A DNA stretch of 64,000 nucleotides from Candidatus Omnitrophota bacterium (GTDB lineage: Bacteria > Omnitrophota > Gorgyraeia > 2-01-FULL-45-10). The notes under the pieces were generated by a model that was given only the letters and a program-made list of their open reading frames with translations, had not been told where the DNA came from and ran no database searches. The stretch is from contig CAIMPC010000062.1 in assembly GCA_903843285.1 (NCBI GenBank), positions 8,895-72,894 of the forward strand, in the 5' to 3' direction. Shown in pieces: positions 40,887 through 52,353 of this stretch. The translations under genes and the position numbers were made by a program. Position 1 is the stretch's first letter. Every line of letters begins with the position of its first letter.

Positions 40887-42149
40887 TTAAATGTGCAACG
40901 CTTCCTTAATCAATTTCTCATCCAGCTTTGGGCCAATTACGGCAAGGCTCATACTATTATCTTTGAATACGTTATTGGCTACCCTCATGATGTCTTCGAC
41001 GGTAACGGCCTCTACCTTTTCCAATATCGGTTTGGATGTCAAATCCTTTTCGCCCGAAACAACCTTTTCACCAAGCCATAACATATGGCTCATGGTGTCC
41101 TCGAGAGCAAATAACAGCTGGCCTTTATAGTACTCTTTGGCCCTTCTAAGCTCTCCCTCCGATATAGGTTCCTTCGAGAATCGCGCAAGTTCTTTAAGTA
41201 TAACTTCGAGAGACTTTATCAGTTTCTTATCATCCACCCCGGCGCTGATAACCAACGCCCCGCAATCCTCATACCTTCTCACACTGGATGATATCTCGTA
41301 ACATAATGCCATCTCGTCCCTGACGATGTGAAATAGCCTGGATGACATATTTGCGCCCAGGACTATATTCATAACACTCATCACGTGCTTATCGGGATGA
41401 AACCGATCCACGGCATGAAATCCTATGGCCAGATGCGTCTGTTCAGTCTTCTTTGCATATAGATTAACTCTCGGAGCATCCTGAGAAATATTTGCTTTAG
41501 AGAATTTGGAGATCTGGCCCGCCTTTGCGTCGGATAGATATTTCTTTGCCAGGGATGTAAGTGCATCCTCATCTATATTGCCTGAGCCCACCACAAAAAT
41601 ATTCTTAGGATTATAGAACATGTTCTTATAATTTACTATATCATTTTTAGCCACGGACTTCACAGTCTCTTCCGTGCCGGCAAGCGGCATACCGAGCGGT
41701 TGATTTGGCCACATCTCCTCTGCCAGGATCTCATGCACGTAATGAGCCGGTATATCCCTATACATCTTTATCTCTTCTACTATGACTTCTTTCTCTTTTA
41801 AGATCTCTGATTCTTCAAGCCTCGGATTCTGCACCATATCACTGAGTATATCCAGTCCTAATGACACGTCTTTACCTAATACCTTTACCAGATAGCAAGT
41901 ATGTTCTTCCGAAGTAAAACCATTAAAGCTTCCGCCTCTGCCTTCTATCTCCTGTTTTATCGTCATCGTGTCACGCTCAGTAGTACCCTTAAATAAAAGA
42001 TGCTCCAGTATGTGACTTATACCGCTGTTTTTTGGATCCTCATACCTACCGCCGACGCGCACCCATACCCCTATCGCGACCGACTCCATACCGGCCATAG
42101 GATGAGTCATTATCCTCAGTCCATTATCTAACGTCTTCAATCTGTGCAT
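40887..42149 (-). CDS. M16 family zinc peptidase (insulinase-like)
   Basis: HxxEH inverted zinc motif (HILEHLLFKGT). Confidence 0.75.
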   Translation of the reverse strand: MHRLKTLDNGLRIMTHPMAGMESVAIGVWVRVGGRYEDPKNSGISHILEHLLFKGTTERDTMTIKQEIEGRGGSFNGFTSEEHTCYLVKVLGKDVSLGLDILSDMVQNPRLEESEILKEKEVIVEEIKMYRDIPAHYVHEILAEEMWPNQPLGMPLAGTEETVKSVAKNDIVNYKNMFYNPKNIFVVGSGNIDEDALTSLAKKYLSDAKAGQISKFSKANISQDAPRVNLYAKKTEQTHLAIGFHAVDRFHPDKHVMSVMNIVLGANMSSRLFHIVRDEMALCYEISSSVRRYEDCGALVISAGVDDKKLIKSLEVILKELARFSKEPISEGELRRAKEYYKGQLLFALEDTMSHMLWLGEKVVSGEKDLTSKPILEKVEAVTVEDIMRVANNVFKDNSMSLAVIGPKLDEKLIKEALHI

Positions 42150-42571
42150 TACACCTGTCCTCTCTTTCGCGAATCGAGATAGCTCTGCAAAATCAGTCCG
42201 GATGCGACCTTATCGGCAAGCTTTCTTCTCTTAAAGCCATTCATGCCGGCTTCCATCATCGCACGCTCTGCCTGAACCGTTGTGAGCCGCTCATCCTGCA
42301 TCTTAACGGGGACACTTATTGCCTTAGATAAAACGTCGATGAACTCCAGCACCTCTTTAGTCTTCTGGCTGTGCGTCCCATTCATGCTTATGGGAAGGCC
42401 GACAACAACCTCGATAACATTATTTTCTTTGATTATCCCGGCTATCCTGTCCAGGTCCGCCTTAATATCTTTTCTGTAAATCGTGTCCGTGCCCTGGGCG
42501 GTAATGTATAGCTCATCGCTCAGCGATACGCCTATCCTTTTCGTTCCATAATCAAGACCCATTATCTTCAC
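42149..42571 (-). CDS. ruvX: Holliday junction resolvase-like / pre-16S rRNA nuclease RuvX (YqgF)
   Basis: MGLDYGTKRIGVS motif. 140 aa. Confidence 0.85.
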   Translation of the reverse strand: MKIMGLDYGTKRIGVSLSDELYITAQGTDTIYRKDIKADLDRIAGIIKENNVIEVVVGLPISMNGTHSQKTKEVLEFIDVLSKAISVPVKMQDERLTTVQAERAMMEAGMNGFKRRKLADKVASGLILQSYLDSRKRGQV

Positions 42572-42581
42572 AAAATTATCC

Positions 42582-43463
42582 TCATATTATCTTTATGATC
42601 TTTCCGGACTTTTTAACAAAACGTCTCGACTCTATTTTCAACACCTTTTCCAATGTATCAAAACTCCCCACATCATTCCATTCGTATCTGCCTTTCACGC
42701 AATAGATATTACCGGCCTTCTCCATTATAGCGTAATCTATCGATATCTCCGGCATGTCATCATAAGCTCTGTATGGATCCCGACACTGAATCATGTGGAA
42801 TATTTTAGGCGCATATTTCCTGAGAGATGCGCTAAGCGCACCAAGACGAAATATAAATATTCCGGCATTCCATAAATATTTACCGCTGGCAATATACCGC
42901 TCGGCAGTATCGATATCGGGCTTCTCGGTAAAACACTCTACCTTAGCAATCGTACTCGATTTCGATACCTTTATATATCCGTATTCCGTAGACGGCCGTT
43001 TAGGATCGATACCTACGGTAATAATCGCATCGGCATGTCTCTTTGCAAAATTTATGCCTAAAATTAGCGCTTCCCGTTCCTTGCCCCTGTCCGGAATATA
43101 GTGGTCCGCCGGCATAACCAGCATAACGGCATCCCTGTCCATGCTCATAATATATCGCGCCGCAAGCGCTATAGCGGGAGCCGTATTACGCGATACGGGT
43201 TCAAGCAAAATATTATTCCATGAATCCTTAGGCAGATCCCTTTTCACAAGGGTATGATGCTTTTTATTAGCCACGATCACGATGTGATCAGATTCAACCA
43301 ACTTCAATAAACGATCGATCGTATTCCTAAACATCGTCTCTCTGTCATTCGTTACAGATAAGAACGCCTTAGGCCGCAGATTTGTAGATAACGGACGAAG
43401 CCTCTTTCCCTTCCCACCAACCAGAACAACCGCATAAACATCTTTATAACGTTTAGACGCCAT
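42582..43463 (-). CDS. mannose-1-phosphate guanylyltransferase-like sugar nucleotidyltransferase
   Basis: LVGGKGKRLRPLS nucleotidyltransferase motif. I place the start at MASKRY. Confidence 0.7.
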   Translation of the reverse strand: MASKRYKDVYAVVLVGGKGKRLRPLSTNLRPKAFLSVTNDRETMFRNTIDRLLKLVESDHIVIVANKKHHTLVKRDLPKDSWNNILLEPVSRNTAPAIALAARYIMSMDRDAVMLVMPADHYIPDRGKEREALILGINFAKRHADAIITVGIDPKRPSTEYGYIKVSKSSTIAKVECFTEKPDIDTAERYIASGKYLWNAGIFIFRLGALSASLRKYAPKIFHMIQCRDPYRAYDDMPEISIDYAIMEKAGNIYCVKGRYEWNDVGSFDTLEKVLKIESRRFVKKSGKIIKII

Positions 43464-44244
43464 GAATTGCATTCGCAAGGCTTTTAGCGAGTTTTGGAAC
43501 CTTTACCATCGCACCTTTATCTTCTCCGATCAGCTTAACGATAGCGCTTCCCACTATTACGCCATCGGCCACCCTCGCGATACGCGAGGCCTGCTCCGAA
43601 TTTGAAACACCGAACCCGACTGCGACCGGTTTATCCGTGGCAGACTTAACGGCCCTTATCTTAGAGATCACATCTACCGGCAGTTCGCTCCTGGTGCCCG
43701 TAACTCCTGTCAAAGATACGTAATATATAAACCCTCTTGAATCCTCTACAATATGCCGGATCCTTTTAACTGTAGATGTGGGAGAGGCGAGAAATATAGT
43801 GGCTACTCCACTGAGCCTGGCGCATTTTATTAAATCCGACGCCTCCTCAAATGGCAGGTCAGGCACTATCACCCCGTCCACGCCACACTTACGACAGCTA
43901 ATAATGAACTTATCCAGTCCATACCGCAGTATAGGATTATAATATGTCATGAAGACTATGGGCATATCGGTGGAAGCTCGTAGTTCGATAACCATATCAA
44001 ATATCTTCTTAAGCTTAACACCGCCTCTAAGAGCCCTGTGCGATGCCGCCTGAATAATGGGCCCATCCGCAATCGGATCGGAAAACGGTATACCCAGCTC
44101 CAATATATCTACTCCGGACTTTTCAAGCTCTAAGGCTATTCTTTTGGTAGAAGTAAGATTAGGATCACCTGCTGTAATATAGGCAATAAATGCCTTACGC
44201 TTCTTGGCTCTCAATTCTATAAATTTCTTGTCGATCCTATTCAT
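43453..44244 (-). CDS. trpA: tryptophan synthase alpha chain
   Basis: 263 aa. Typical TrpA. Confidence 0.9.
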   Translation of the reverse strand: MNRIDKKFIELRAKKRKAFIAYITAGDPNLTSTKRIALELEKSGVDILELGIPFSDPIADGPIIQAASHRALRGGVKLKKIFDMVIELRASTDMPIVFMTYYNPILRYGLDKFIISCRKCGVDGVIVPDLPFEEASDLIKCARLSGVATIFLASPTSTVKRIRHIVEDSRGFIYYVSLTGVTGTRSELPVDVISKIRAVKSATDKPVAVGFGVSNSEQASRIARVADGVIVGSAIVKLIGEDKGAMVKVPKLAKSLANAIHGV

Positions 44245-44275
44245 ACTATTAATACCTCCGGAACAATATTATTAA

Positions 44276-44677
44276 TTAACGAACTTCTGCCTTCGCCTCT
44301 TTAAGAATCAGCGGATAGTTCAATATAAGCACATCGTCCAGCATGATCTCCACCCAATACTTACCCGACGCTATAAATACGAGATTATTTATCCTGGATA
44401 TAAGCGTATGATGAGCATCTATATCCTGCAAATCGAAGGGTTGCTCATTGGTTTGGAATACTACAGACTTATCCTTTGAATTAATAATCTTTATCTTTTG
44501 CAAAAAACTACCCTGCCCCTTACACCATCTGTTTACGACGAACAGCGCCGGATGCGTAGCCGGAAATACCCTCGCGGTAATGGCTTCGAATAAACCTATA
44601 AGCATGAACTTACCATTATCTTCCCGCCGAACGTCATCGCATAAAACTGAAAACTGCAGATTAGGTCTTATATTCAC
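44276..44677 (-). CDS. hypothetical protein with no recognisable family, inserted between trpB and trpA
   Basis: 133-aa ORF on the same strand, in a 425-nt gap where trpB and trpA are normally adjacent or coupled. Confidence 0.5.
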   Translation of the reverse strand: MNIRPNLQFSVLCDDVRREDNGKFMLIGLFEAITARVFPATHPALFVVNRWCKGQGSFLQKIKIINSKDKSVVFQTNEQPFDLQDIDAHHTLISRINNLVFIASGKYWVEIMLDDVLILNYPLILKEAKAEVR

Positions 44678-44694
44678 CTGATACCTTCTTTCTA

Positions 44695-45870
44695 CTATAA
44701 AACGCCTCGCACAATATCGATGTCCTTATCACCTCTCCCGGAAAGGCATACCACTACTATCTTATTCCTCGGCAATCTTTTGGCAAGATCAGCGGCATAA
44801 TAGATAGCGTGGGATGATTCGAGAGCCGGTATAATCCCTTCCGTAACAGATAATAATTTGAATCCTTCGAGAGCTTCCTTATCTTTAACGGCAACGTAAT
44901 TTACGCGGCCTGAATTTTTTAGATACGCATGCTCAGGGCCGACCCCGGGATAGTCGAGTCCGGCGGAGATCGAATGAGCAATCTCTATCTGTCCGTCATC
45001 ATCCTGTAATATATAACTCTTTGAGCCATGCAAAACACCTACAGAGCCTTTACATAAAGTGGCGGCATGATGAGTTGTATTTATACCGAGTCCTGCGGCT
45101 TCAACTCCGATTAAACTGACTTTATCTTTCAAGAAGGAATGAAATATACCCATGGCATTACTTCCACCGCCCACACAAGCAACTATATAGTCCGGGAGTC
45201 GTCCAATATTTCGCTTGCACTGAATCCGGGCTTCTTTGCCTATGACGGATTGAAAATCACGGACGATCATCGGATATGGATGAGGACCCGCGACAGATCC
45301 TATAACATAGTATGTGTTACCTACATTGGCCACCCAATCTCTCATAGCCTCATTCATCGCATCCTTCAACGTCTTAGATCCGCTGTGGACGGGAGTTACC
45401 TTAGCACCCAGGATCTTCATCTTAAAGACATTTATCGCCTGGCGCTTAATATCCTCATCTCCCATGAATATTTCGCAATCCAAGCCAAATAGAGCCGCCA
45501 CAGTAGCGGTAGCGACACCATGCTGACCGGCACCCGTCTCAGCTATAATCCTCTTCTTTCCCATCCTTATGGCAAGCAGGGCCTGGCCGATAGTATTATT
45601 TATCTTATGGGCACCCGTATGAAGCAGATCCTCCCTCTTCAGATATATCTTTGCGCCACCCATCTTCGAGGTTAGGTTCTCGGCAAGATATAACCCTGTG
45701 GGGCGTCCGGCATACTCCCTCAAATAGTGCTCGAGATCCTTCCTAAAAGATGCGCTCTCGTGCGCCTGCCTATACGAACTCTCAAGCTCATATATGGCGG
45801 ACATCAAAGTCTCGGGCACAAATCTACCGCCGAACCTGCCGAAATATCCTTTTTTATCGGGTAACATCAA
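44695..45870 (-). CDS. trpB: tryptophan synthase beta chain
   Basis: PLP-lysine region HTGAHKINN. 391 aa. Confidence 0.9.
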   Translation of the reverse strand: MMLPDKKGYFGRFGGRFVPETLMSAIYELESSYRQAHESASFRKDLEHYLREYAGRPTGLYLAENLTSKMGGAKIYLKREDLLHTGAHKINNTIGQALLAIRMGKKRIIAETGAGQHGVATATVAALFGLDCEIFMGDEDIKRQAINVFKMKILGAKVTPVHSGSKTLKDAMNEAMRDWVANVGNTYYVIGSVAGPHPYPMIVRDFQSVIGKEARIQCKRNIGRLPDYIVACVGGGSNAMGIFHSFLKDKVSLIGVEAAGLGINTTHHAATLCKGSVGVLHGSKSYILQDDDGQIEIAHSISAGLDYPGVGPEHAYLKNSGRVNYVAVKDKEALEGFKLLSVTEGIIPALESSHAIYYAADLAKRLPRNKIVVVCLSGRGDKDIDIVRGVL

Positions 45871-46488
45871 TTAGCCCTTTCTCGCTTCTTCCACGAAACT
45901 CTTTAATAATTGCATACATTTCTTACCCGGATACTCTTCGACTCCGGTCGACACATCCACTCCGTAAGGCACCACTTCGGATATAGCGCGTCCAATGTTA
46001 GAGGGGTTAAGGCCTCCGGACAGTATAACCGGCTTTAGAAACTCATAATCCTTAAGCATCTTCCAATCAAACGTCTCACCCGTCCCACCGAAATATCCGT
46101 GTTTATGCGTATCTACCAGGAAATAATCGACGTCGTACAAATTAATCGGCTCGATATCTTTTTTATTCAATATCCTAAACGCCTTTATAACTTTATAGTC
46201 TGCCTTAAATGCTCTGCAATATTTCGGCGTTTCATCCCCGTGAAACTGCAGTGAATCGAGCCCTACATCCTCCGCTATGGCGCGAACTGTGTCAATGTCT
46301 TCATCAACGAACACGCCGACTTTTGCAATGGTATCGGGCAGTTCATTTATAATCTCTCTTGCGGTATTGCGATCAACGCGTCTCTTAGATTTCTCATAAA
46401 AGACTAAACCTATCATGTCCACGCCGAGGTTCGCAGCGAAAACAGCATCTATTTTATTGGTAATGCCGCAAATTTTTATAAGGGTCAT
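45871..46488 (-). CDS. trpF: phosphoribosylanthranilate isomerase
   Basis: 205 aa. TrpF TIM barrel. Confidence 0.85.
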   Translation of the reverse strand: MTLIKICGITNKIDAVFAANLGVDMIGLVFYEKSKRRVDRNTAREIINELPDTIAKVGVFVDEDIDTVRAIAEDVGLDSLQFHGDETPKYCRAFKADYKVIKAFRILNKKDIEPINLYDVDYFLVDTHKHGYFGGTGETFDWKMLKDYEFLKPVILSGGLNPSNIGRAISEVVPYGVDVSTGVEEYPGKKCMQLLKSFVEEARKG

Positions 46489-47264
46489 TAATATCTCATT
46501 ATCTCGCGCATCTTAGCGGCAATGTCTGATGCCTCCATGAAGGCCTCGCCGATAAGTACAGCGTTGATCCCCAGCGACTTCAGAAACATAACGTCCTCGT
46601 AACTCTTTATGCCGCTCTCTGAAACCTTTATCTTATGCGCAGGAATAAGCCTCATGAGCTTCTGGGTCATCGCAAGGTCAACCTTAAACGTATGGAGATC
46701 TCTGTTATTTATACCTATAATATCTCCGCCGGAGGCTATGGCCTTATCCATATCCTCTTCATTATGAACTTCGAGAAGAACGTCGAGGCCGAGCGAAGTT
46801 GCCAGCTGGTAGAATCCGGTCATCTCGCTTTCAGAGAGAAGATCCGCAATTAAAAGTATCGCATCGGCGCCGAAGGCTACGGATTCGTATATCTGATACT
46901 CATCGATTATAAAGTCTTTACGTAATATGGGTAGAGAGACGCTCTGCCTAACCACCTTTATATGTTCTAATTTGCCTTCAAAGAATCGCTCATCTGTAAG
47001 GACAGATATCGCGGAGGCGCCGTTGGCCTGATATGTCATCGCGATCTTAGACGGATTAAAATCACCTCTTATTATACCTTTCGACGGAGAGGCCTTCTTT
47101 ATCTCTGCGATCAGGTTTATATGATGAGGCCTCGATATATTCTTCTTGAATGAGCTATTAACCGAGATGTAGCGCAGTTCTCTAATGAGCTCCTCTTTTG
47201 TCTTAAGGCGTTTAGCCTCATCGATTACCCTTCTCTTTTCCTCAATAATCCGCGATATCATCAT
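46488..47264 (-). CDS. trpC: indole-3-glycerol phosphate synthase
   Basis: 258 aa. IGPS motifs. Confidence 0.85.
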   Translation of the reverse strand: MMISRIIEEKRRVIDEAKRLKTKEELIRELRYISVNSSFKKNISRPHHINLIAEIKKASPSKGIIRGDFNPSKIAMTYQANGASAISVLTDERFFEGKLEHIKVVRQSVSLPILRKDFIIDEYQIYESVAFGADAILLIADLLSESEMTGFYQLATSLGLDVLLEVHNEEDMDKAIASGGDIIGINNRDLHTFKVDLAMTQKLMRLIPAHKIKVSESGIKSYEDVMFLKSLGINAVLIGEAFMEASDIAAKMREIMRY

Positions 47265-48310
47265 CTGTTTGTGATTTCTATGAGTTTCATCAATTTATCG
47301 AGCGCCTGTCCGGAGTCTATCGAACGAGCGGCCATCTTTATCCCCGACTTCAAGTCTTTAGCTTTAGATCCGGCGACCAAAGATGCCGAGGCGTTCAATA
47401 GTACAATATCTCGCCTCGGTGATTTTTCACCCTTCAAGATCTCGAGTGTTATCTCTGCATTGACCTTAGGATCTCCGCCTTCTATTTCGCAGAGGCTCGC
47501 TCTATGCAATCCGAACTTTTCCGGAGTAATGATATAATTTTTGATCTTTCCATTTTTCAATTCTGAAACCCTGGTCTTACCGGTGATCGTTATCTCATCG
47601 CATATATCGGTGCCGAATACTACAAATGCCCTCTTAGTGCCCAGGTTATTAAGAACCCTGGCAATCTTTTCCGTGAGAGAGGCATCATATACACCCACAA
47701 CCTGGGCGGTGGCATTTGCCGGATTGGAAAGCGGGCCCAACAGATTAAATATCGTTCTTATCCCTATCTCTTTTCTCGATGATGAAGCATGCTTCATGGC
47801 GCTGTGAAATATCGGAGCATATAAGAAACCTATGCCTACCTCTAATAGGCATCTCTGCATCAGTTCGGGACTTACATCTATCTTCACGCCGAGAGCCTCC
47901 AGGACATCAGCGCTTCCACACTCGCTCGATGCGGCGCGATTACCGTGCTTCGCCACCTTCAGTCCACAACCTGCAGTCACAAACGCAACCGTGGTCGAGA
48001 CATTGAATGTATTGGCGCCTCCGCCTCCCGTTCCGCAGGTATCTATAACGTCACGGCGCCTGCTTAGGCGGTCCCCGGCAATATCTCCTCGTGCACCTTC
48101 GGCCGAGATATGTAAAGACTTCTCTCGCATCACCCTGGCGGCGGCAGTTATCTCTTCGACCGTCTCACCCTTCATACGTAAAGCCGTCACAAACGCGCCT
48201 ATCTGGGCCGGAGTCGCTATACCGGTCATTATCTCGTTAAAGGTATCCCGCATTTCATCGACAGTCAGATCTATACGACTGACGACTTTCTCTATGGCCT
48301 GTTTTATCAT
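47261..48310 (-). CDS. trpD: anthranilate phosphoribosyltransferase
   Basis: GTGGD motif (DTCGTGGGGANTFNVST). Confidence 0.9.
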   Translation of the reverse strand: MIKQAIEKVVSRIDLTVDEMRDTFNEIMTGIATPAQIGAFVTALRMKGETVEEITAAARVMREKSLHISAEGARGDIAGDRLSRRRDVIDTCGTGGGGANTFNVSTTVAFVTAGCGLKVAKHGNRAASSECGSADVLEALGVKIDVSPELMQRCLLEVGIGFLYAPIFHSAMKHASSSRKEIGIRTIFNLLGPLSNPANATAQVVGVYDASLTEKIARVLNNLGTKRAFVVFGTDICDEITITGKTRVSELKNGKIKNYIITPEKFGLHRASLCEIEGGDPKVNAEITLEILKGEKSPRRDIVLLNASASLVAGSKAKDLKSGIKMAARSIDSGQALDKLMKLIEITNR

Positions 48311-48879
48311 TTTGACCTCACATCCAGAAAATTCTTCAATAACTTCTTACCCTCAAGCGTCAGTATCGATTCCGGATGAAACTGGACACCGTATATCGGA
48401 TAGGTCCTGTGCTTAAGACCCATTATCTCTTTCGTCTTTGTCTGGGCCGTAATCTCTAAGGATCTCGGAAACGTTTTTCTATCCACAATGAGCGAATGGT
48501 ACCTGGTGGCCTCAAATGGGTTCGGAATATTATTAAATATACCTTTGCCATCATGATAGATCATAGATACCTTGCCGTGCATCAGAGATTTCGCGTTTAT
48601 TATACGTCCTCCGAAGACTTCGCCTATGGCTTGGTGCCCGAGACAGACGCCCAGTATGGGCGTCTTTTGGCCGAATACTCTTATAACCTCTTCCGAGATA
48701 CCGGCATCCTTCGGTTTACCCGGCCCGGGAGATATAATTATCTTCGCGGGCTTCAGTTTTTTTATCTGATTAATATTAACCTTGTCGTTCCTGTATACTT
48801 CGAGTCGAGCGCCAAGCTCACCGAGGTATTGGACCAGGTTATACGTAAAAGAATCATAATTGTCGATAACCAATATCAT
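48307..48879 (-). CDS. trpG: anthranilate synthase component II (glutamine amidotransferase)
   Basis: Class I GATase catalytic triad region (GVCLGHQ). Confidence 0.85.
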   Translation of the reverse strand: MILVIDNYDSFTYNLVQYLGELGARLEVYRNDKVNINQIKKLKPAKIIISPGPGKPKDAGISEEVIRVFGQKTPILGVCLGHQAIGEVFGGRIINAKSLMHGKVSMIYHDGKGIFNNIPNPFEATRYHSLIVDRKTFPRSLEITAQTKTKEIMGLKHRTYPIYGVQFHPESILTLEGKKLLKNFLDVRSK

Positions 48880-48881
48880 CT

Positions 48882-50396
48882 CTACAGCCCCCGCTCTGCA
48901 ATCTCAATAGCTTTTACCAATGCCTTTGCCTTGTTCAACGTCTCCTGATATTCCTTTGCAGGCTTAGAGTCAGATACGATTCCAGCGCCCGCCTGAATAT
49001 ATGCGGTATTATTTTTAATAAGGATGGTCCTGATCGTTATACAGCAGTCGAGATTTCCCGAAAAACTAAAGTAACCGACGCTCCCGGCGTAGGTACTGCG
49101 TCTGAGGTTTTCAAGTTCATCAATGATCTCCATCGCCCTGACCTTAGGAGCTCCGGTAACTGTTCCGGCAGGAAAGGTGGCTTTTATCACATCAAATGCA
49201 TCATATCCCTTTTTCAATCTACCCGAAACATCCGTTACTATATGCATAACGTGCGAATATTTTTCCACTGTCATCATATCCGATATTTTAATGCTCTTAA
49301 AATCGCATACCCGTCCGATATCGTTTCGTCCAAGATCGACCAGCATTATATGCTCCGCTCTCTCTTTGGGATCGGCCAGCAGGCTTCTAATTAATTTGAT
49401 ATCCTCTTCCTCTGATGATCCCCTGGGCCGGGTTCCCGCTATAGGTCTAACCTCTACATTACCATCCTCACATCTCACCATTATCTCGGGTGAGGATCCC
49501 ACCAGGGAAAAGTCCTTAAACTTCAGATAGTACATATATGGCGAAGGATTGATAGAGCGAAGGGCCCTGTATATCTCGAACGGTTTGCTCTTCACGGGCG
49601 TCTCAAGCCTCTGAGATAATACAACCTGTATTATATCGCCGGCTTTAATATATTTCTTCGCCCTATTTACAACGTCTTTAAATTCCGCTTTTGTGAAATT
49701 GGACTTCAGGCGAATTGCCTTCTTACTATTATTCACGTGACCGGACTTGGCCGAACTGCCACATGCGGTGAGACTACCCACTATCGCATCTATCTTGCGT
49801 AAGGCTTCCTCGTAAGACTTCGCGGCCGAACCTTTAATGTGAGCGTTAGAAACAACCTTTATCTTATGGTCGACGTGATCAAATATCAATATCGTATCCG
49901 TAAGCATGAATACCGAATCAGGCACTTTGAGCGTATCACTATTTTTATCCGGGATCTCTTCCATGAAGCGGACCATATCGTAACCGAGATACCCCACAAA
50001 TCCGCCGGTAAACCTCGGAAGGCCTTTTATCTTTACAGCCGTGTATTGAGCCAATAATTTTTTAAGCTCTCCCAGGGGATCGTTCGATTCATAAACCTTC
50101 TTCTTATTCCCCTCTGTGATCTCTACGCTATTACCCTTACTGGAAAATACTATTGACGGTTTACTTCCGAGAAATGAATACCTTGCCAGCCTCTCACCGC
50201 CCTCGACCGATTCGAGCAAAAAAGAAAACTCTTCAGACGCGATCTTAGAGTAGGCGGATAGCGGCGTTTCAAAATCGGCAAGTATCTCCTTATAGACAGG
50301 GATGAGATTGCCGGATTTGGATAACTTTATAAATTCTTTTTTACCGGGATAATACACTCTATTTATGGAACTCCTATAATCTTTTATCGGCGACAT
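48882..50396 (-). CDS. trpE: anthranilate synthase component I
   Basis: 504 aa. Chorismate-binding domain. Confidence 0.9.
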   Translation of the reverse strand: MSPIKDYRSSINRVYYPGKKEFIKLSKSGNLIPVYKEILADFETPLSAYSKIASEEFSFLLESVEGGERLARYSFLGSKPSIVFSSKGNSVEITEGNKKKVYESNDPLGELKKLLAQYTAVKIKGLPRFTGGFVGYLGYDMVRFMEEIPDKNSDTLKVPDSVFMLTDTILIFDHVDHKIKVVSNAHIKGSAAKSYEEALRKIDAIVGSLTACGSSAKSGHVNNSKKAIRLKSNFTKAEFKDVVNRAKKYIKAGDIIQVVLSQRLETPVKSKPFEIYRALRSINPSPYMYYLKFKDFSLVGSSPEIMVRCEDGNVEVRPIAGTRPRGSSEEEDIKLIRSLLADPKERAEHIMLVDLGRNDIGRVCDFKSIKISDMMTVEKYSHVMHIVTDVSGRLKKGYDAFDVIKATFPAGTVTGAPKVRAMEIIDELENLRRSTYAGSVGYFSFSGNLDCCITIRTILIKNNTAYIQAGAGIVSDSKPAKEYQETLNKAKALVKAIEIAERGL

Positions 50397-50429
50397 CTGC
50401 CGAAACTTCCGAATACAGTCACCCGCAAT

Positions 50430-50831
50430 CTAAGTCGTGGGCCTCTGCGAAGGTGTATAAACCTCCCTTGGATCAAATACCCTTTTTCCGAGTATCTCAA
50501 TATCCCCGTCTTTATTAATACGGCGAAAATAACATGTGAAATAACCTTCGTGACAACCGGCTATCTTCTGGTCGACCTTAATAAGGATGGAGTTGCCTTC
50601 ACAATCTATACATATGCTCTTAACCGCCTGAACACAGCCGCTCGTTTGGCCCTTCTTCATAAGCATATTCTTCGATCGTCTGAAGACATAAACATATCCC
50701 TCGGTGATCGTCTTCTCGAGCGCATCATTATTCAGGTAGCACAACGTCAGCACCTCTTTGCTCTTTTCGTCCTGGATTATAGCCGGAATCAATCCTTTAT
50801 TATTAAACTTAAGATATGCAACGATCTTCAT
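50430..50831 (-). CDS. hisI: phosphoribosyl-AMP cyclohydrolase
   Basis: 133 aa. Cyclohydrolase domain only. Confidence 0.85.
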   Translation of the reverse strand: MKIVAYLKFNNKGLIPAIIQDEKSKEVLTLCYLNNDALEKTITEGYVYVFRRSKNMLMKKGQTSGCVQAVKSICIDCEGNSILIKVDQKIAGCHEGYFTCYFRRINKDGDIEILGKRVFDPREVYTPSQRPTT

Positions 50832-51598
50832 ATTCTCACCGAGACTCCCTTTTTATTTAGATATCTCTTCGCAGCGCCCACACTGTATGTTCTGAAATGA
50901 AATATCGATGCGGCCAATACCGCGTCCGCCTTGCCCTCGGTCAGCGCATCGTAGAGATGCTCCAGGTTTCCGGCCCCGCCCGATGCTATTACCGGAAGAC
51001 ATACTGTCTCACTGATTTTTCTGGTCAAGGCCGTATCATAACCTTCTTTAGTGCCATCGTAGTCCATGCTGGTCAGCAGTATCTCTCCGGCGCCCAGATC
51101 TTCCATCTTCTTTGCCCATTTTACGGCATCTATTCCTGTCGGTGTCCTGCCGCCGTTTATGAATACCTCCCAGACTTCTTTGGCCCTTGTCTTAACTTTG
51201 CATTTCGCATCTATCGCCACAACGATACATTGGCTTCCGAACCTCGAGGAGGCCTTCTTTACAAATTGCGGATCTTTAACGGCCGCCGTGTTTATGGAAA
51301 CTTTATCACACCCGGCTATGAGAAGATTCCGTATATCGTCTATCGTCCGTATGCCGCCGCCTACGGTAAAAGGCAGAAATATAGTATCGGCAACCTTCCT
51401 TACAAGCTCCAGAGTCGTTTTACGCTTCTCATGGCTTGCGGTTATGTCGAGAAATACGAGTTCATCGGCGCCTTCTTTATCATAAAATATGGCGTTCTCC
51501 ACAGGATCACCGGCATCCTTTAGATTTACAAAATTTACGCCCTTCACCACCCTGCCATCTTTAATATCGAGGCAGGGTATTATCCTTTTTGTGAGCAT
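50828..51598 (-). CDS. hisF: imidazole glycerol phosphate synthase, cyclase subunit
   Basis: 256 aa. Typical HisF. Confidence 0.9.
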   Translation of the reverse strand: MLTKRIIPCLDIKDGRVVKGVNFVNLKDAGDPVENAIFYDKEGADELVFLDITASHEKRKTTLELVRKVADTIFLPFTVGGGIRTIDDIRNLLIAGCDKVSINTAAVKDPQFVKKASSRFGSQCIVVAIDAKCKVKTRAKEVWEVFINGGRTPTGIDAVKWAKKMEDLGAGEILLTSMDYDGTKEGYDTALTRKISETVCLPVIASGGAGNLEHLYDALTEGKADAVLAASIFHFRTYSVGAAKRYLNKKGVSVRI

Positions 51599-52308
51599 AT
51601 CCTTATCGCCTCGGCCAGATCTACCTTACCTTCGTAAAGCGCCTTACCGATTATTATGCCTTTTAGTCCGTCGCTCTCTAGCGACTTTAAATTTATTATA
51701 TCTTCAATACCGGAAACACCGCCTGCGGCCACCACATCAAGTTTCGTCGAGCGCATCAGATCTCTCAGTAGATCAATATTAGGTCCGCCCAGCATGCCGT
51801 CCTTCGAAATATCAGTATAATTTATCGTCCTCACACCAGCCTCACCCACCCTCTTTGCTAGCTCTATAGCCGTGATCTCAGTCTTAAAAACCCATCCCTT
51901 CGTGCATACCATTCCTTCTTTAGCATCGATACCCACGACGATATTATTTTTGTAGCTCTTAACCACTGAATCTAAAAATTTCTGATCGAGCGCCCTTGTG
52001 CCTATCACTACCTTTTCCACTCCGACGCCCAGGACTTTTCTGATCGTCTCCTCGTCTCTTATGCCGCCACCCAGCTCTATCTTTACCTTCACACTCTTGG
52101 CGATACTGCCCACTATATCTAAATTACGAGATGACCCCTCGAGGGCACCGTCCAGATCGACTATATGGATCATCTCCGCCCCGAGAGACTCCCATCTCTT
52201 TGCCACATCCAAAGGCGAATCCAGATAGGTAGTCTGCCTGGAATATTCTCCCTGGCTTAGCCTTACAACCTTTCCGAGCCTTATATCTATAGCCGGTATC
52301 GCTATCAT
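51580..52308 (-). CDS. hisA: ProFAR isomerase
   Basis: 242 aa. Typical HisA. Confidence 0.9.
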   Translation of the reverse strand: MIAIPAIDIRLGKVVRLSQGEYSRQTTYLDSPLDVAKRWESLGAEMIHIVDLDGALEGSSRNLDIVGSIAKSVKVKIELGGGIRDEETIRKVLGVGVEKVVIGTRALDQKFLDSVVKSYKNNIVVGIDAKEGMVCTKGWVFKTEITAIELAKRVGEAGVRTINYTDISKDGMLGGPNIDLLRDLMRSTKLDVVAAGGVSGIEDIINLKSLESDGLKGIIIGKALYEGKVDLAEAIRICSQKG

Positions 52309-52353
52309 TTTAATTTGCCTTATCCCGCCGAAGACTCTATCAGCATATGCACA

